Assembly: GCA_964019335.1 (NCBI GenBank)
Contig: OZ025661.1
Coordinates: 372,001-436,000 of the forward strand
Direction: 5' to 3'
DNA: 64,000 nucleotides
DNA from: Diplonema japonicum
Lineage: Eukaryota; Protista; Euglenozoa: Diplonemea
Shown: positions 23,330 to 35,691 of the stretch, in pieces
Layout of the letters: each line of letters opens with the position of its first letter
Numbering within the stretch: the first letter of the stretch is position 1
Notes under the pieces: model-generated
The model's input: the letters and a program-made list of their open reading frames with translations, nothing else
Told to the model about the DNA's origin: nothing
The model's database searches: none
Made by a program: the position numbers and the translations under genes

Positions 23330-24454
23330 GTCTCTCAGACTGATCTGGCTCAGAGGTAGGACCCCCTCTTTTTTTTTTTCTCCTCGATTTTACGTCTCAC
23401 TGCAAGCGGCGCCGGCGGCACACGCGAATAGAGATTACGTACAGGTAGTTCTTCTTTTTTTCATTTTTGTTTTGGAGCTGGAAAAAAAAAAAAAAAAAAA
23501 GGAGGGGACAAAGTTGGATAGTAATATGTGATGATTAAGAGAATGGGGGGGGGGGGGGGGGGGGAGGAGGAGGGAAAAGGGTCAAACTGCACATTTTTAG
23601 TAACCACTTCACGGTGAAAAATATTTTTTTTTTAAATTCTGGTTCCTTTTTTATTTTTATTGTGCCACGACTAAAGAGGAGGGAAAGAATGAAAGGGGAG
23701 AGAAAAAAAAAAAGAAGAAAAAAAAAAGAAGAGTGAAAGGGAAAAAAAAAGAGAAAAAGAGAGCGGGGAAAAAAAAAAAGAACAATTTTTTTAATGATGT
23801 GAAACGTAAAAATTTGAGGGGGAGGGGGAAAAAAAAGGGGGGCAAGAGACACACAACCCATTGGAGTGTCTTCAAGTAGCGGTTCAAAGAAAATGGACTG
23901 TCATTTCCCCCCACTTTTTTTTCTTTTTTTCGCCCCAACCCCACCTGATTTCTAAAATTCGTATCTGTGAGTTAAAATAATTAGGTTTTTCTTTTACTCC
24001 CAGCGTATTTCAGTTCATCACAAACTGTTTCGTTCTTTTTTTTTTTTTCTTTTTTTTTTTCTCTTTTTTTTTCTTTTTTTTAAACTGCAACTAAAGTGTC
24101 GTTCGCCCGACATGAGGTGTCTGAGGCCAACACTGCGAACTAGCAAATCTACATCTATTTTCACCTTCTTCTTTTTTTTTTTTTTTTTCTTCTTCTTTCC
24201 CTCCCCATTTTCTCCTACTAGCAGGCCTTTTGGTTTACTCCATTTTTTTTTTTTTTTTTAAATGCACTGTTCTCAAAAAAAAGAAAAAGAAAGATCCTTA
24301 AATAAGGAAGAAGGAAGAGTGAAGAGGTGGCTTTAAGCACAACCCTCCCACCCCCCCCAAAAAAAGGAAATGAATAGAAAAAAAGAGGGAAAACAAGAAT
24401 AATAATAATAATAATAATAAAAAACAACAACAATAACAATGCAACACATCGATT

Positions 24455-24498
<44 letters not shown>

Positions 24499-25312
24499 TT
24501 TTGCTGTTATTTTTTTTGTCTCGCATATTTGGCAGGAGGGGAGGAGAGGTTAAGGTAATTGCTAGTTAGCTTCAAGGGGAATAGAAGCAACCACCAAATT
24601 CCCGCCTTCCCCCGTATCCTGGGGGAAAAAAAAGAAAGTTTAGAAACAAAAAATTTCGGATTAAAAAAAAAGGGGGATGGGAATCAGAACAAGACTCCGG
24701 TTGGGGGGGGATTAGCTGTGAGGGGCTGGGCATATTCATTGCTGAGCCGCGCGAAAAAAGAAAAAAAAAATCGGGGTTAAGAGAAAAAAAAGAAGAAAGA
24801 AGAAGAACAGACATTTTTCCAGATGAGAGGGGGGGTTTCCCCCCCTTTTTTTTTCCTCTTAACCCCGAGAAGAAAGAAAAAGTTTGTAGGAAGAATGGGG
24901 TAGTGGTTTTGATAAACAGATCACCTATTTTTTTTTTTTTTCTTTAAAAAAAAAAGAAATAGAAAAAAGAGAAAAAAAAAAAGGGTGGAAATCTCTCTGT
25001 TTTGTAGGTGGGGGGATCATTGTTGATATTACTTAATTAATTAACCTCAAAAGGACAGAGTTGACTCTGGCTATCAGTCTTATGAATTTTAAAGAAAAGA
25101 ACATGGAAAGGCTTTTTTGGCCACTCTAGCCCCCAGCATACCCTTGTGGGCAGCGGGCGTGATTTTTTGCATGTCGAAGAAAAAAGATTTTTTTTGGCCT
25201 ATTTTTCCCGTCCTTTTGAGGATTCGAATTTTTTTTTTTTGTTCTTTATTTTTCCTTTCTTCTTTTTTATTTACTCTTTTCATTTCCCTAAGCACAATGT
25301 GCGCTGTAATGG

Positions 25313-25346
<34 letters not shown>

Positions 25347-25418
25347 AGAGAGAAAAAAAAAAGTGGGGGTGGGAGGTGGCAGAGTGAAATAAGAGATGTA
25401 CAACATCCATCTGTACCC

Positions 25419-25475
<57 letters not shown>

Positions 25476-25566
25476 CATCTTAGCAATTGTGTAGTTGGTC
25501 GCACTGCAGCAAATTCTTACAGCTGGAGGGAAAGAAAATAATAATAATAATAATAATAATAATAAT

Positions 25567-26007
25567 TAGCTATTTATTAATTGAAAATCAGATAGCCTGA
25601 TTTCATTCGTGGGGTCCCCTTTTTTAACTCGTTTTTTTTTTTTTTTTTCTCTTTTTTCTTTTTTTACTTCACTCGCTTCGCTCGTGAAGTAAAATCACTC
25701 GTCAAAAAAGGGGGCCCCACGCGTGAGATCACACCCCGATTTTTATTCAATACTACATTTATTTTACTTAATAACGAGCATCTCTCGCAAAGAATTTGGG
25801 TGCTGGATGTGGCTTCGCTGCTGGTCTTTACTGAACGCGGTACTGGGCACCGGGGTTCCATCACTCCTTGGAGCCTACTGTAGCTTGTGCTTACAATAGC
25901 TGGTGAAATAAAGTGCAGGAAAAAAAATCGGATACTTTATTTCACGGACGGACCTGGGTGTCGTCTAGCCTAAATTCTTTAAGAGAGCTGCTCAGAATTA
26001 AATAAAT
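25567..26007 (+). mobile_element. Hairpin-terminated Crypton-like non-autonomous element, copy 1
   Basis: TAGCTATTTA terminus, ~180-bp imperfect hairpin with TTCACTCGCTTCGCTCGTGAA apex, then IR pair 25757-25787 / 25983-26007. Confidence 0.65.
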
Positions 26008-26302
26008 AATAATAATAAAAAAAAAAGCGACAAACTGCACTGAGATGACATAAAAACACTATTACCCCCCCTTTTTTTTTCTTTTCCTTCTTTCTTTATA
26101 CACCGCAAAATCCTTTTAAAATTGTCCCCCAGGTTTGCTTTTCGCCTACCATGCGCTGTAATATAGCCAATAGAAAAAAAAAAAAAAAAAGAAAAAAAAA
26201 AAAAAGAGACACTGCGGTGTGTGGCAGGACGCCTCAAAAAAAAAGATCGGCTGAAAATGGCACTGGCTGTTATTTTTGGTTCTTTTTTTTTTTTTTTTTT
26301 TT

Positions 26303-26854
26303 TTTATTTCACTCTTCGTCATTTTCTTCACTCACTAGGGGCCTCATTATTTAACGCGAAATGGCCATTATTTAACGCGAAATCGCCATTATTTAACTAG
26401 TTAAATAATGAGATTTTGCAGTTAAATAATGGCCCTTCAGAGTGAAAAAATGGGTCTTGTCGTGGAAAAAAATGCACCCAACCCCTTGAAAAATTTTTTT
26501 GGGGTGGGGGTATTTTGACTATTTTTGGCCATCTGAGGCCATTCCAGCCCTTAAAAGTGGGAATAAGTGCCTTACTTCCCCTTTAAATGCCACGGCGAAA
26601 TAGCTACCCTGTATTACCTTAGGAAAATCCCCAAAAAGCTGACCTGCGTGAAAAAAAACAGCAGTGAAAGCAGTGAAGAGTGAGTGACTCAAATGACGAA
26701 GAGTGAAATAAAACGACTTACTTGCCGCCAAATGAGCCATTATTTAACACTCGTTACCCGTTTTTTTGCACGAGGGCCCTGCGGGCCCTCGTGCAAAAAA
26801 TTCGGGAACTCGAGTTAAATAATGACTCATTATTTGTTGGCAATAAATAGTTAT
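26303..26854 (-). mobile_element. Hairpin-terminated Crypton-like element, copy 2
   Basis: IR tatttcactcttcgtcattt / aaatgacgaagagtgaaata, repeated CATTATTTAAC motifs, long hairpin centred at 26780-26782, ATAACTATTTA terminus on the minus strand. Confidence 0.7.
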
Positions 26855-26970
26855 TTTTTTCTTGCTTGAAAACTTCGTCATTTTCTTCACTCATTTTTGC
26901 ACCGGGAAAAAAAAAAAAAAAAAATAGGCTTAGAAACAGAAGGGATTCATTATTGGGTGTTGGTATAATA

Positions 26971-27640
26971 ATAGCTATTTATTAAGTGAAAATAAGATAG
27001 CATTATTTCACGCGTGGTGGCAGGGGGTTTAACGAGTAGGGATCTTCACGAGTGAAGTAAAAAAGCTACGAGTTAAACCTGCCACCACAAGTGGAATAAT
27101 GCTCTTATTTTCACTAATACGTTGTTTTATTTAACAAGAGCCGGGTTACAACAAGTGAAAAGTGGGATTTGGGTTACAGGGTGGGAGACACAACGTCGCT
27201 AAATTTCAGTTTGTGCAACTCTTTGTCCTCATCCCGCTTGCAAACATGCAAGCTGCATATGCCAGACGCACTGTGTTGTAGGGGTCGCTGAATTTCATTG
27301 CCAGATACTCTTTCATTTGTTCCTGACTATTCACTGAAGCTTTTTTCACCTCATGGCCTTCTTCAAAAGAAGTGCAACCCTGGGAAAGCTCTGCATTTTT
27401 TTACCCAAGTTTCGTTGGATGATGGCGTTGATCTTGCTGTTACTTGCCCCAAACCTAGGTGGAATAGGTGAAATTAGGCCCAGGAGTGAAATAATGTTAC
27501 ATTATTTCACGCTCGAACATTATCTCACTCCTGGGCCTAATTTCAAGGTCAACTGGGAGTGAAAATAAAGCTGGGAGTGACATAATGTAAAATCTTATTT
27601 TCACTCCCACCCTTGAAAACCCGGCTCGAGTTATATAAAC
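26971..27640 (+). mobile_element. Hairpin-terminated Crypton-like element, copy 3
   Basis: ATAGCTATTTA terminus, hairpin 26980-27120, IR ..gagccgggtt / aacccggctc.., internal CATTATTTCAC palindrome 27470-27544. Confidence 0.65.
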
Positions 27641-27770
27641 CCTATTTCTAAGAGTGAAAAAAAAAGGAGAAAAAAAAAAAAAGGTGAAACTTGCTGACTT
27701 GGAGTTGTCTAATTTACACCTATCGCATAAGTCGGGAAAGATCAGAAAACAAAAAAAGAAGAAAAAAAAA

Positions 27771-27807
27771 GACATTTAAGGGCACCTGCGGTATGCAGCA
27801 GGACGCC
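27771..27807 (+). repeat. Short dispersed repeat GACATTTAAGGG(C/T)ACCTGCGGT..G..GCAGGACGCC (also 30654-30690, 26212-26233; partial inverse 45356-45365)
   Basis: Direct sequence matches, flanked by A-tracts. Confidence 0.6.
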
Positions 27808-28587
27808 AAAAAAAAGGGGGGGGGGAGGAAAGAAGGAGACTCATCACTGACTGATAAAGTCCTCCAGTTCCAACGAGGGTTTGTTCTTTAAAAAAAAAAA
27901 GAAACACACAAAAATCGCCCTGTTTTTTCCATTGAAGATCATTAAAATAATAATAATAATTACAATAAGATTCACAATAAACAAAATAGTTTAGAAGAAA
28001 AAAAAAAGAAGAAGAAAAAGAAGATCGATAATTAATAAAATTCAATAGTTTCATTTTTTTTGGGGGGGGGAGGTGGAGTGAGATAGAAAGAAAAAAAAGG
28101 ACGAAGCGGAAACCTATTTTCCACTATAAAAAAACTTTTTGAAGGGAGCAAAAAAAAAAAAAGGAGGGGAGAGAGGGAGAGGGAGAAAGGGCTTATTTTG
28201 TATAAAAAAGATTTTTTTAAATAGAACTAAATGGATGGGGGTAGCTTTTTCTTTTTCTTTTTTTTTTCTTTTTTTCGTTGTCTTCATTTACATCCTCCTA
28301 ATTAAAGAAAGTCAATAGGAGGTGGAGAGGGGGGTGGGGGCAATGATCCCTCTCCCTCTTTTTTTTTTTCTTTCCTTTTTTTTTCTTTTGCTTATTCCCT
28401 ACTCCATTGTTGCCACTTCATCGGGTGGGGGGGGGGGGAAATAATTTTTATTTATTGTTGGTTGGCTCTCGATTTCCTTTCCTTTTGAAGGGGTTTCCAC
28501 TATTATTATTGAAGACCCGAAAGAAGAAAGAAAAAAAAAATAATAGAAGGGGAGCAATCGGCAAATCAGTAATGATTTTTGGCTATT

Positions 28588-28624
<37 letters not shown>

Positions 28625-29400
28625 CATTTCTTTTATTTTCTCTCTTTTTTTTGTCCTTCCCTCCCTTTTTTTTTTATTCCCACTCTGTTACTTTCCATGC
28701 ATTTGGCGAAAGAACTCTCGACCACTATGCTTTGACAACAAACAGAAAACAGGAAAAACAAAAAAGGGGGGGGAGTGTGGTGAAAGGAGAAAGAGAGTTA
28801 AAAAAAAAAGGGAGGGGAAAAATTCCAGTTTAAAAAAAAAAAAAAACCGTTCGATGACCTTCTTGTTACACGACGCATAATGGGGGAGTAGCAAAAAAAA
28901 AAAAGATTTTTTTTTCTTTTTTACCTAGTAAAAGAGAGTATTTTTTTTTTTTTGCTAACCCTGCATGCTGTGCCTGCGCCATATGTTTAGTTTTTCGTCT
29001 TCTCTCTGGTTCTTACCAATAGAAAACGAATTTTTTTTTAAACTGGAAGAAAAAGAAAAAAAGGGGGGGAGTACCAATCCCTTATTCTAAAGTTCGAAAA
29101 ATGTTGAGGGAATGTGGTAATAGCCTGTAACACAATTAGAGGCTTCAAAAGGTGCACCCTGACCGATTCAGATGGCAGCCCTGTGAGACTCCCCTCATCA
29201 AAAAAAAGTGCTAAGCTAATCCCGTCGAAATGTTAAAAAACAAGTTATTCTGAGCCTTTTGAATATGGAAGGGGGGGGGGGGCAATATAAAAAAAAGAAA
29301 AAGGTTTTTTTTCCCCCCTGAATAGTTCCCCCCCAAAAAAAAGTTCAAACTGTTTATCTTACACGAAACACTAATGCCCATTCTACATTGTTCTGGTGTC

Positions 29401-29433
<33 letters not shown>

Positions 29434-29808
29434 TTTAAATTGGGTGAGGTGGCCATGATAAACAATAAACTCCCTGTTGGTGCCCATTCATGAAAGTACG
29501 TCTCCACGAAAAAAAAAAAGAGAAAAAAAAAATGCCGGGATCGTACGCAGAGTGGCACAGCAATATATGGGCATTCGCAGATAGGGGGGGTATGGGTGGG
29601 GCAGGACGGGGAAAATACCTTCTACTGTTTCTTTTGTAAATTTTCTGTGCCCTGACCCAAAGTTAATAATAATTAGCTCTGTTCAACGAAAAAAAAGCGG
29701 CCAAACGGTGCCAGACCTGGTTTGGCTTGGTGGAGCCATTCCAGGACAGGCCCTAGGAACCCGAAGCACTCGACAGGACCTCCACACTTTCGTTGTACAT
29801 TGAGATAA

Positions 29809-29862
<54 letters not shown>

Positions 29863-30532
29863 GTGCCTTGAGGCAGGTAGCGCCCAAAGGTCAACAATAA
29901 CAAAAAAAAAAAAAAGAACTATTCGTGGAAAGAGGGGGGGAAAGAAAAAAAAATTGTGATGGGAAGAAAAAGAAAATAGTTTTTTTTTTAAAAAAAAGAG
30001 AGAGAAAAGGGGGGGAATAAAAAAGACCAGATAAAAGTAACCTAAACTAAAGAATGGAAAATATAGAAAGAAGTTGTTTTTTTTTTCTCCTTTTTTTTTT
30101 GGTTGCGGGAAAGTATTACGAGAGGATAAAAAAAAAAAAAAAAAAAAAAAACGTGTTGGAAACCTGGTGGGTCAAACAGGCCCACAAGTAAACAACAAAA
30201 CAAAGAGGGAGGAAAGGAGGAAGTTTTTTTTTTTTTTATTAATTAGCTTTGGATGTATCAGGGGAGGGGGGGTGGGAAAAGTTGCTTTCAACAAAGTGTT
30301 GTATTTTTCTTCTTCTTTTTTTCTTTCTTGCTTGTTCATTTTGGGGATCAATAGGGGGGGGGACAAAAAGTGGGTTTTTTAATTTTGCTGCTGGAGATTT
30401 CGCACAAGAGGGAAGGGAAACAAAAATGGGAGGGGGGGGGGGGGGGGGACGACGATTTGAGTAAAGGTTGAAACCAAAAGTTCGTTAGTTGACTGAAATG
30501 AACAAATGGGAGTTGGGGTAAGGATGCAGGAA

Positions 30533-30571
<39 letters not shown>

Positions 30572-30614
30572 ATGGGTTTCAGAGTAAACCACGGTTCGGG
30601 GGGAAAGGGAGAGA

Positions 30615-30655
<41 letters not shown>

Positions 30656-30992
30656 CATTTAAGGGTACCTGCGGTGTGTGGCAGGACGCCATAAATAAAA
30701 TAAAAAGGTGGGGGGGAATAGGGGAGAGCTTAACATGTAAGGTATTTTTTTTTCTTCTTTCTAATTAGGCTTTCTTCTCTCTTTCTCTTCTGTTTCTTCT
30801 TGTTATATTCGTCCCTTTCAATTATTTGTTCTACAAAAGAATCTTTTTTTTTTATTATACATCTGGGGAATAAGGACGGGGGAGCTGAACAATACAAAAT
30901 TTGCGAAAAGTGTTTTCACGAGTATTTTTTGTTCTGCCCCTTCGTTGGTTTTTTTCTTCTTCTTCTTCTTCTTTTTTTTCTTTTTTTTTTTC

Positions 30993-31615
30993 TGGATAAT
31001 ATCAAATTTTCTCACTTCACTTCTCAATAAAAAGGGCGGGGGGAGCTTAAAAATGTGACCTGTATAAAATGCAGTCCTGCATCTTTTTTTCTCTTTTTTT
31101 TTTCCTTCTTTTTATTTATTAATTCTAGACAAGGCAGTAAAAAAGAAAAAAACAAAAAAAAAAAAAAACATAGAGCTAATATATCTTTTTTTTTTTTTTT
31201 TCTTATTGTATTTTTTTGCTTTTGTTTTTTTGTTTTATTTATACCTACCTTCGTCGATTTATATAGATAGGACTATAAAAACTAAATAATGGGAGAGGTT
31301 TTCTTCTTTTTTTTTCTTTTTTTTTTTTCAACAGGATTGAGGATATCAAATTCCCTTCACTTCTCAATAAAAAGGGCGGGGGAGGCAGTAAAGATTTTAA
31401 AAAGTGTGACCTATAGGCCTACATCTTTTTTGCGCCTATTTTTTTTTTGATCAAGAAACAGTTTTTTTTTCTCTTTTTTATGAAGCAAGGCAGTAAAAAA
31501 AAAAAAAAAAAAATAGAATTTGTATGTATTTTTAATTTAATTTTGTAAAGTTACATGAGGAAATTCCTAAAGAGCCATTTTTTTTTTTAGACCTACCGTT
31601 GCCTCATCGATATAG
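30993..31615. repeat. Diverged tandem duplication, ~340-bp period
   Basis: cttcacttctcaataaaaagggcggggg, gtgacct, caaggcagtaaaaaa and cctacc recur in the same order in ~30993-31268 and ~31341-31615. Confidence 0.7.
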
Positions 31616-31778
31616 AAAAATAAAAAAAACGGGGGGGTTTTTTCTTTCCCTTCCCCCTTTTTTATTTTTTTTTATTTTCTTCAATTTTATAAGCAATAGA
31701 TAGTTAATTTATGTGTGGTCAATTATACGGGTTTGTCATAATGAATTTATTGTTAAGCCTGCCCTTGTTAAAACAAGG

Positions 31779-31814
<36 letters not shown>

Positions 31815-32440
31815 GGGAGGTGAAATATATACCTCGGGACGTTGTTTTCTAGTTGTGTCCCTTAGCTACATGTTCCATGTTAAATTCCTGAAACAGCGAT
31901 TTCTTTTTCTTTTTTCTTTCTTTTTTTTTTTTTTTTTCCTTGGCAAATACCGTATAACTGACCAATTTATATGTTTCGATGCGCGTGAAGAACTCGGCAA
32001 TACCTATTCGCGAGAGAGATTTCTAGGATCTCCCCCACTTTTGTGTATCACTACTATCACACGCAAAAAAGCGCCACAAAAAAGGGGAGGGGGGGGGGAA
32101 TGAAAAAAAGATAGTTATAGTAATTTAGTTGTGATCCAAGGACCTCGTGGCCAGCGTTCCCCTTTTGTTTAGACAAGTCAAAACGACTCGTTCTTGCAAG
32201 AAAAAAAAGAAGAAGAAAAAGGGGGTCAACAGGCCACCATAACCTTCATAAATTTCTTCGGCTGAGCACCTACATGGGGGGAGGGGGGGGGTTGGGAAAC
32301 ACTAAATCGTGCTTAGGAACTTTGTTTACATGTACACAGAGCACTGAAGGCACTTTTTTTTTTTTTAAAAAAAAAGGGGGATAAGAAAGGGGAAAGAACT
32401 TGTTTTTCATTTTTCTACTTTTGTCCATGTCCCTCCCCAC

Positions 32441-32472
<32 letters not shown>

Positions 32473-33131
32473 CCCCGCGTGTATTCTAAGCTCTCGGAGA
32501 AGGAAGGTAAAGAGGAGCGGTTTAAAAAAAAAAAAAAAAAAGAGATGAGATAAAGGAGGTTCCTGTTTTGGAACGTCCCCCTTGTCTCTACTTATCTACC
32601 CTTTCTCCCTTCTGGGGCCTCGGCCTTTCTTTCTTTTTTGGCTGTGTCGCCTTTCTCAAGCCTGCGTTATTTTTTTTTCTTTCCATGATTATATTATATA
32701 TATAAATCTTTTTGCGGGGGAGTAAATTGTTTTTTTTTTTCTCTCTTTTTCTTTTACACCCATTGGAACACAGAACGTATGAAAGTCTGTGTAAGAAAAG
32801 AGGGAACTGGCCGTTGTTTTGTACGCGCTGGGTAGAAAGAAACCTGTAGAGGTTTATAAAAAAAGAACCCGTAACACTACCATCGTTCGCCCTTTTTTTT
32901 GAACTTAAAGTGCTTATCAAAATCTTCAGATGAATAAAATAAGATTTGCAAAAGCTACTCTGTTTTCGATTAACTATCACGACCTTGAATATTCTTTCCA
33001 TCCGTTTCCCCCCCCGTTTACCCGAATATCTTAGCAGGCACCAGTAGTTCTGGAACACGTCCTTTGGGCAGCCCGAGATGATAAGCAAAATTCGTATAAA
33101 ATAAATAAAGATAAAAAGTCTGGCTATATAT

Positions 33132-34155
33132 GAGCTCGTCCGGAAAAGAATGTCAACAAATGACCCTCCTTTGCGGCAGAAAACCCCCGTTAAATTTCTA
33201 AGTCAAAAAGTAGTCCGACACCACTTTGTGTGCAGAATTGCAGTCTAAGCTTGAACACCATATAGGTCAAAATGCTCGCCGTTTGTTTTATTTTTAAAAC
33301 GCACGTGCAAAAACATGTTTTTTTAGAATGGTTTTTGGCAAACGAAGTTACAAATAAGACCAGACTCCATTTTTTATTTTCGTTTTTCCGTGAAAAGCGA
33401 CAGGAGGAATGGACGCAGATTGAAAATCTGTGAAACCTTTGGGGTCATTTTGGGTGGGCTGGACTCTAAATCACTATTAAAATGGGGTGGGGAGAACTTA
33501 CCCTTAAAGTGCCATTTTGGCCTATTTAAGGCTAAAATCCCTTTAAAACCCCTTAAAAAAGCAGAAATTTCACTTTCAAAGTATTATGAGTGCAAAAGAA
33601 AAGGAAAAGCCTCATCAGATGGGTAGAGAATGAAAGTTTGACCCCAAAGATACCAATGTCGAAGCTCTGCATGAGCAGGCAGGTGTTAAGAATTGGTTTT
33701 TCTGAAAAAGGCCAAAATCCCTTAGGACAACCCCTTGAAAAAGCCAAAAAATAGGGTGTAAAAAACCGGATTTTCGGGGGCTATGCGGTGCCATATATTT
33801 TTCGCTAAGTACTTTTAACAGTAACCCGACCCTGGGTTGTACCCAGGGGTCACAAGTGCGCTTGAACACCAATTTTATGCACCCTAGATGCTGCATTTTA
33901 AGCAACAAAATTGCATTTTAAACATTTTCCGCCGTTTTTTTTGACCTCTATTTTTCGCTTCCCGGGGGCAGCTGGTTGCGAAGCCTGCCACCCTCATGGC
34001 AAAACAAGCATCGCAATTGAAAGAACGGCGTCATGTACACCATGTATGTCATCTTCCTATGGTTGCATGCTGCCCTTTTTTTTGCTCAAATAATCAAAAC
34101 AAGAAATTTTCGGAGGTGCCCAAAAAAGTGTGGACATTTTCGTCCGGACGAGCTC
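33132..34155. mobile_element. Non-autonomous Sola2-type TIR element (1024 bp) with ATAT target-site duplication
   Basis: TIR GAGCTCGTCCGGA....AATGTC.ACA at both ends; GAG...CTC termini; ATAT at 33128-33131 and 34156-34159; no long ORF. Confidence 0.8.
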
Positions 34156-35286
34156 ATATATACATTTCTTTTTTTTTCTTGCCGACTGAGGTGAGATTAT
34201 TTTCTTAATAGGCTGTTTGAAACCAAACAAAATTTTCGATTTTTGTTTTCTTTCTCTCCCTCTCCTTTATAAAAATAAAAAAAAGCACCCTTTTTTTTTT
34301 TGGTTGGTTTGCTATTTATTTAAGCAAACCTCATTGGAGTTGTTGCTCCCCCTTGAGTTGAAAAAAAAAGGGGGGAGGGGAGAGAGAGAAAGAGGGGCAA
34401 CAACACAATAGATGAACCGAATGTAATTTTGTAATTTGATTTCTTTTGAGATCGATTCCTTTTTTTTTCTTCTTTTTTTTGTTGGGGGGGTTTTTTTTTC
34501 CTTTTTTTTTTTTCCATTTTGAGTTTTTGTTCCAAGTTCGGAAGGGGTGGGGGTATCCCCTCCTTCCGCCTCCCTGTCCTATCTAAAGGCGACCTGAGTA
34601 AAAAAGAAAAAAAAAAAATAAAAAAAAAACTTTAAAAAATGAGTGAAACCATCATTGCCTATACAATTAGTATCCTCCTCTTTGACGAAAAATCTTAAGC
34701 GCCAAGAGGGTTCTTGTTCTTACCTATTGTAATGGATAAAAGCATTGCATTTTAACGTTTGGTTGTACACAGTATACATCCTGGGATAAATATTGCGCTC
34801 CGCTTTTTTTTTCCCCCCCCTCTACTGCGAGACATGAAGTAGGAAGTTTCACTCAGTAAAATAAAGAGGTCACCAGGGAGTTCATGGCCACTGTATAAGT
34901 TGCAAAATTAAAGAGAGAGAAAACAAAAAAAAAGAGGAAAAACAAAAAAAAAAAAATGAGAAACCGCTATAAAGGGGGAGTGTTAGCAAAGACCCACTAG
35001 TAGGGGTGTGCCCACCTGATGCTGCCCTTCAGGATGACGAAGCCCAAAGAAATATATAGAAATGCGAAATACTGTAAACTCTCTTACTCCCAGGGGAAAA
35101 AGCAAGTAAAGCAACCCCTCCCCCCCCCCTTTTTTTTAATCACGGTTTTTCTTGCGTGTTGTTGTCGCCCTGCATCTTCCTTCAAAAAGAAATCAAGAGG
35201 TATACAGTAGTTCTCTAAAAATAAAAAATTCACTATGATAGGAACGAAGTGGTTAGCAACGGCCCGCTCTAAAAAATAAAAAAAAT

Positions 35287-35656
35287 CGTGGGGGTCACTT
35301 TTTTTTTTTTTTTTAACTCGTTAAAAAAAGTGTCCCCACAAAGTGAAATCTGTCTGTCTGATTTTTCATAAATACATCTCTTTATTTACTGGCAAGCTGC
35401 TTTCCAATGAAAAGCTTACACAATTGTTACATTTTTGATTGTGCCAAGTCAATCTTGAACCCGAGGCCAACTTTTGGAGAGTGAAATCGTCCGAGTCCTC
35501 AAATCCCTTCAATTCTGCTCCGCAAAACTCGGCTCCGAAAGATGGCAGCAAAGCAAGACGGCTTCAAGGGCCTCTTGCTCGTAAGCGCTTGCGCTGGATC
35601 GCTTTCCAACGGACTTATATTTTAATCCAAAATTTCAAGAGAAAGCAGCTTGGAAG

Positions 35657-35664
<8 letters not shown>
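35287..35664 (+). mobile_element. Hairpin-terminated Crypton-like element, copy 4 (hairpin end truncated)
   Basis: cgtggggg..ttttaactcg..aaaaaag.g.ccccac matches copy 1; IR caagctgctttc / gaaagcagcttg. Confidence 0.6.

Positions 35665-35691
<27 letters not shown>

Noticed and set aside
26344-26434. CATTATTTAAC repeats as a CRISPR array or bacterial dif site
   Set aside because: Eukaryotic context, units too short, no spacers or cas genes; explained as internal motifs of the hairpin element
35010-35046. CTGATG...GACGAA hammerhead-like words
   Set aside because: Core deviates from CUGANGA/GAAA and stems I/III cannot be formed
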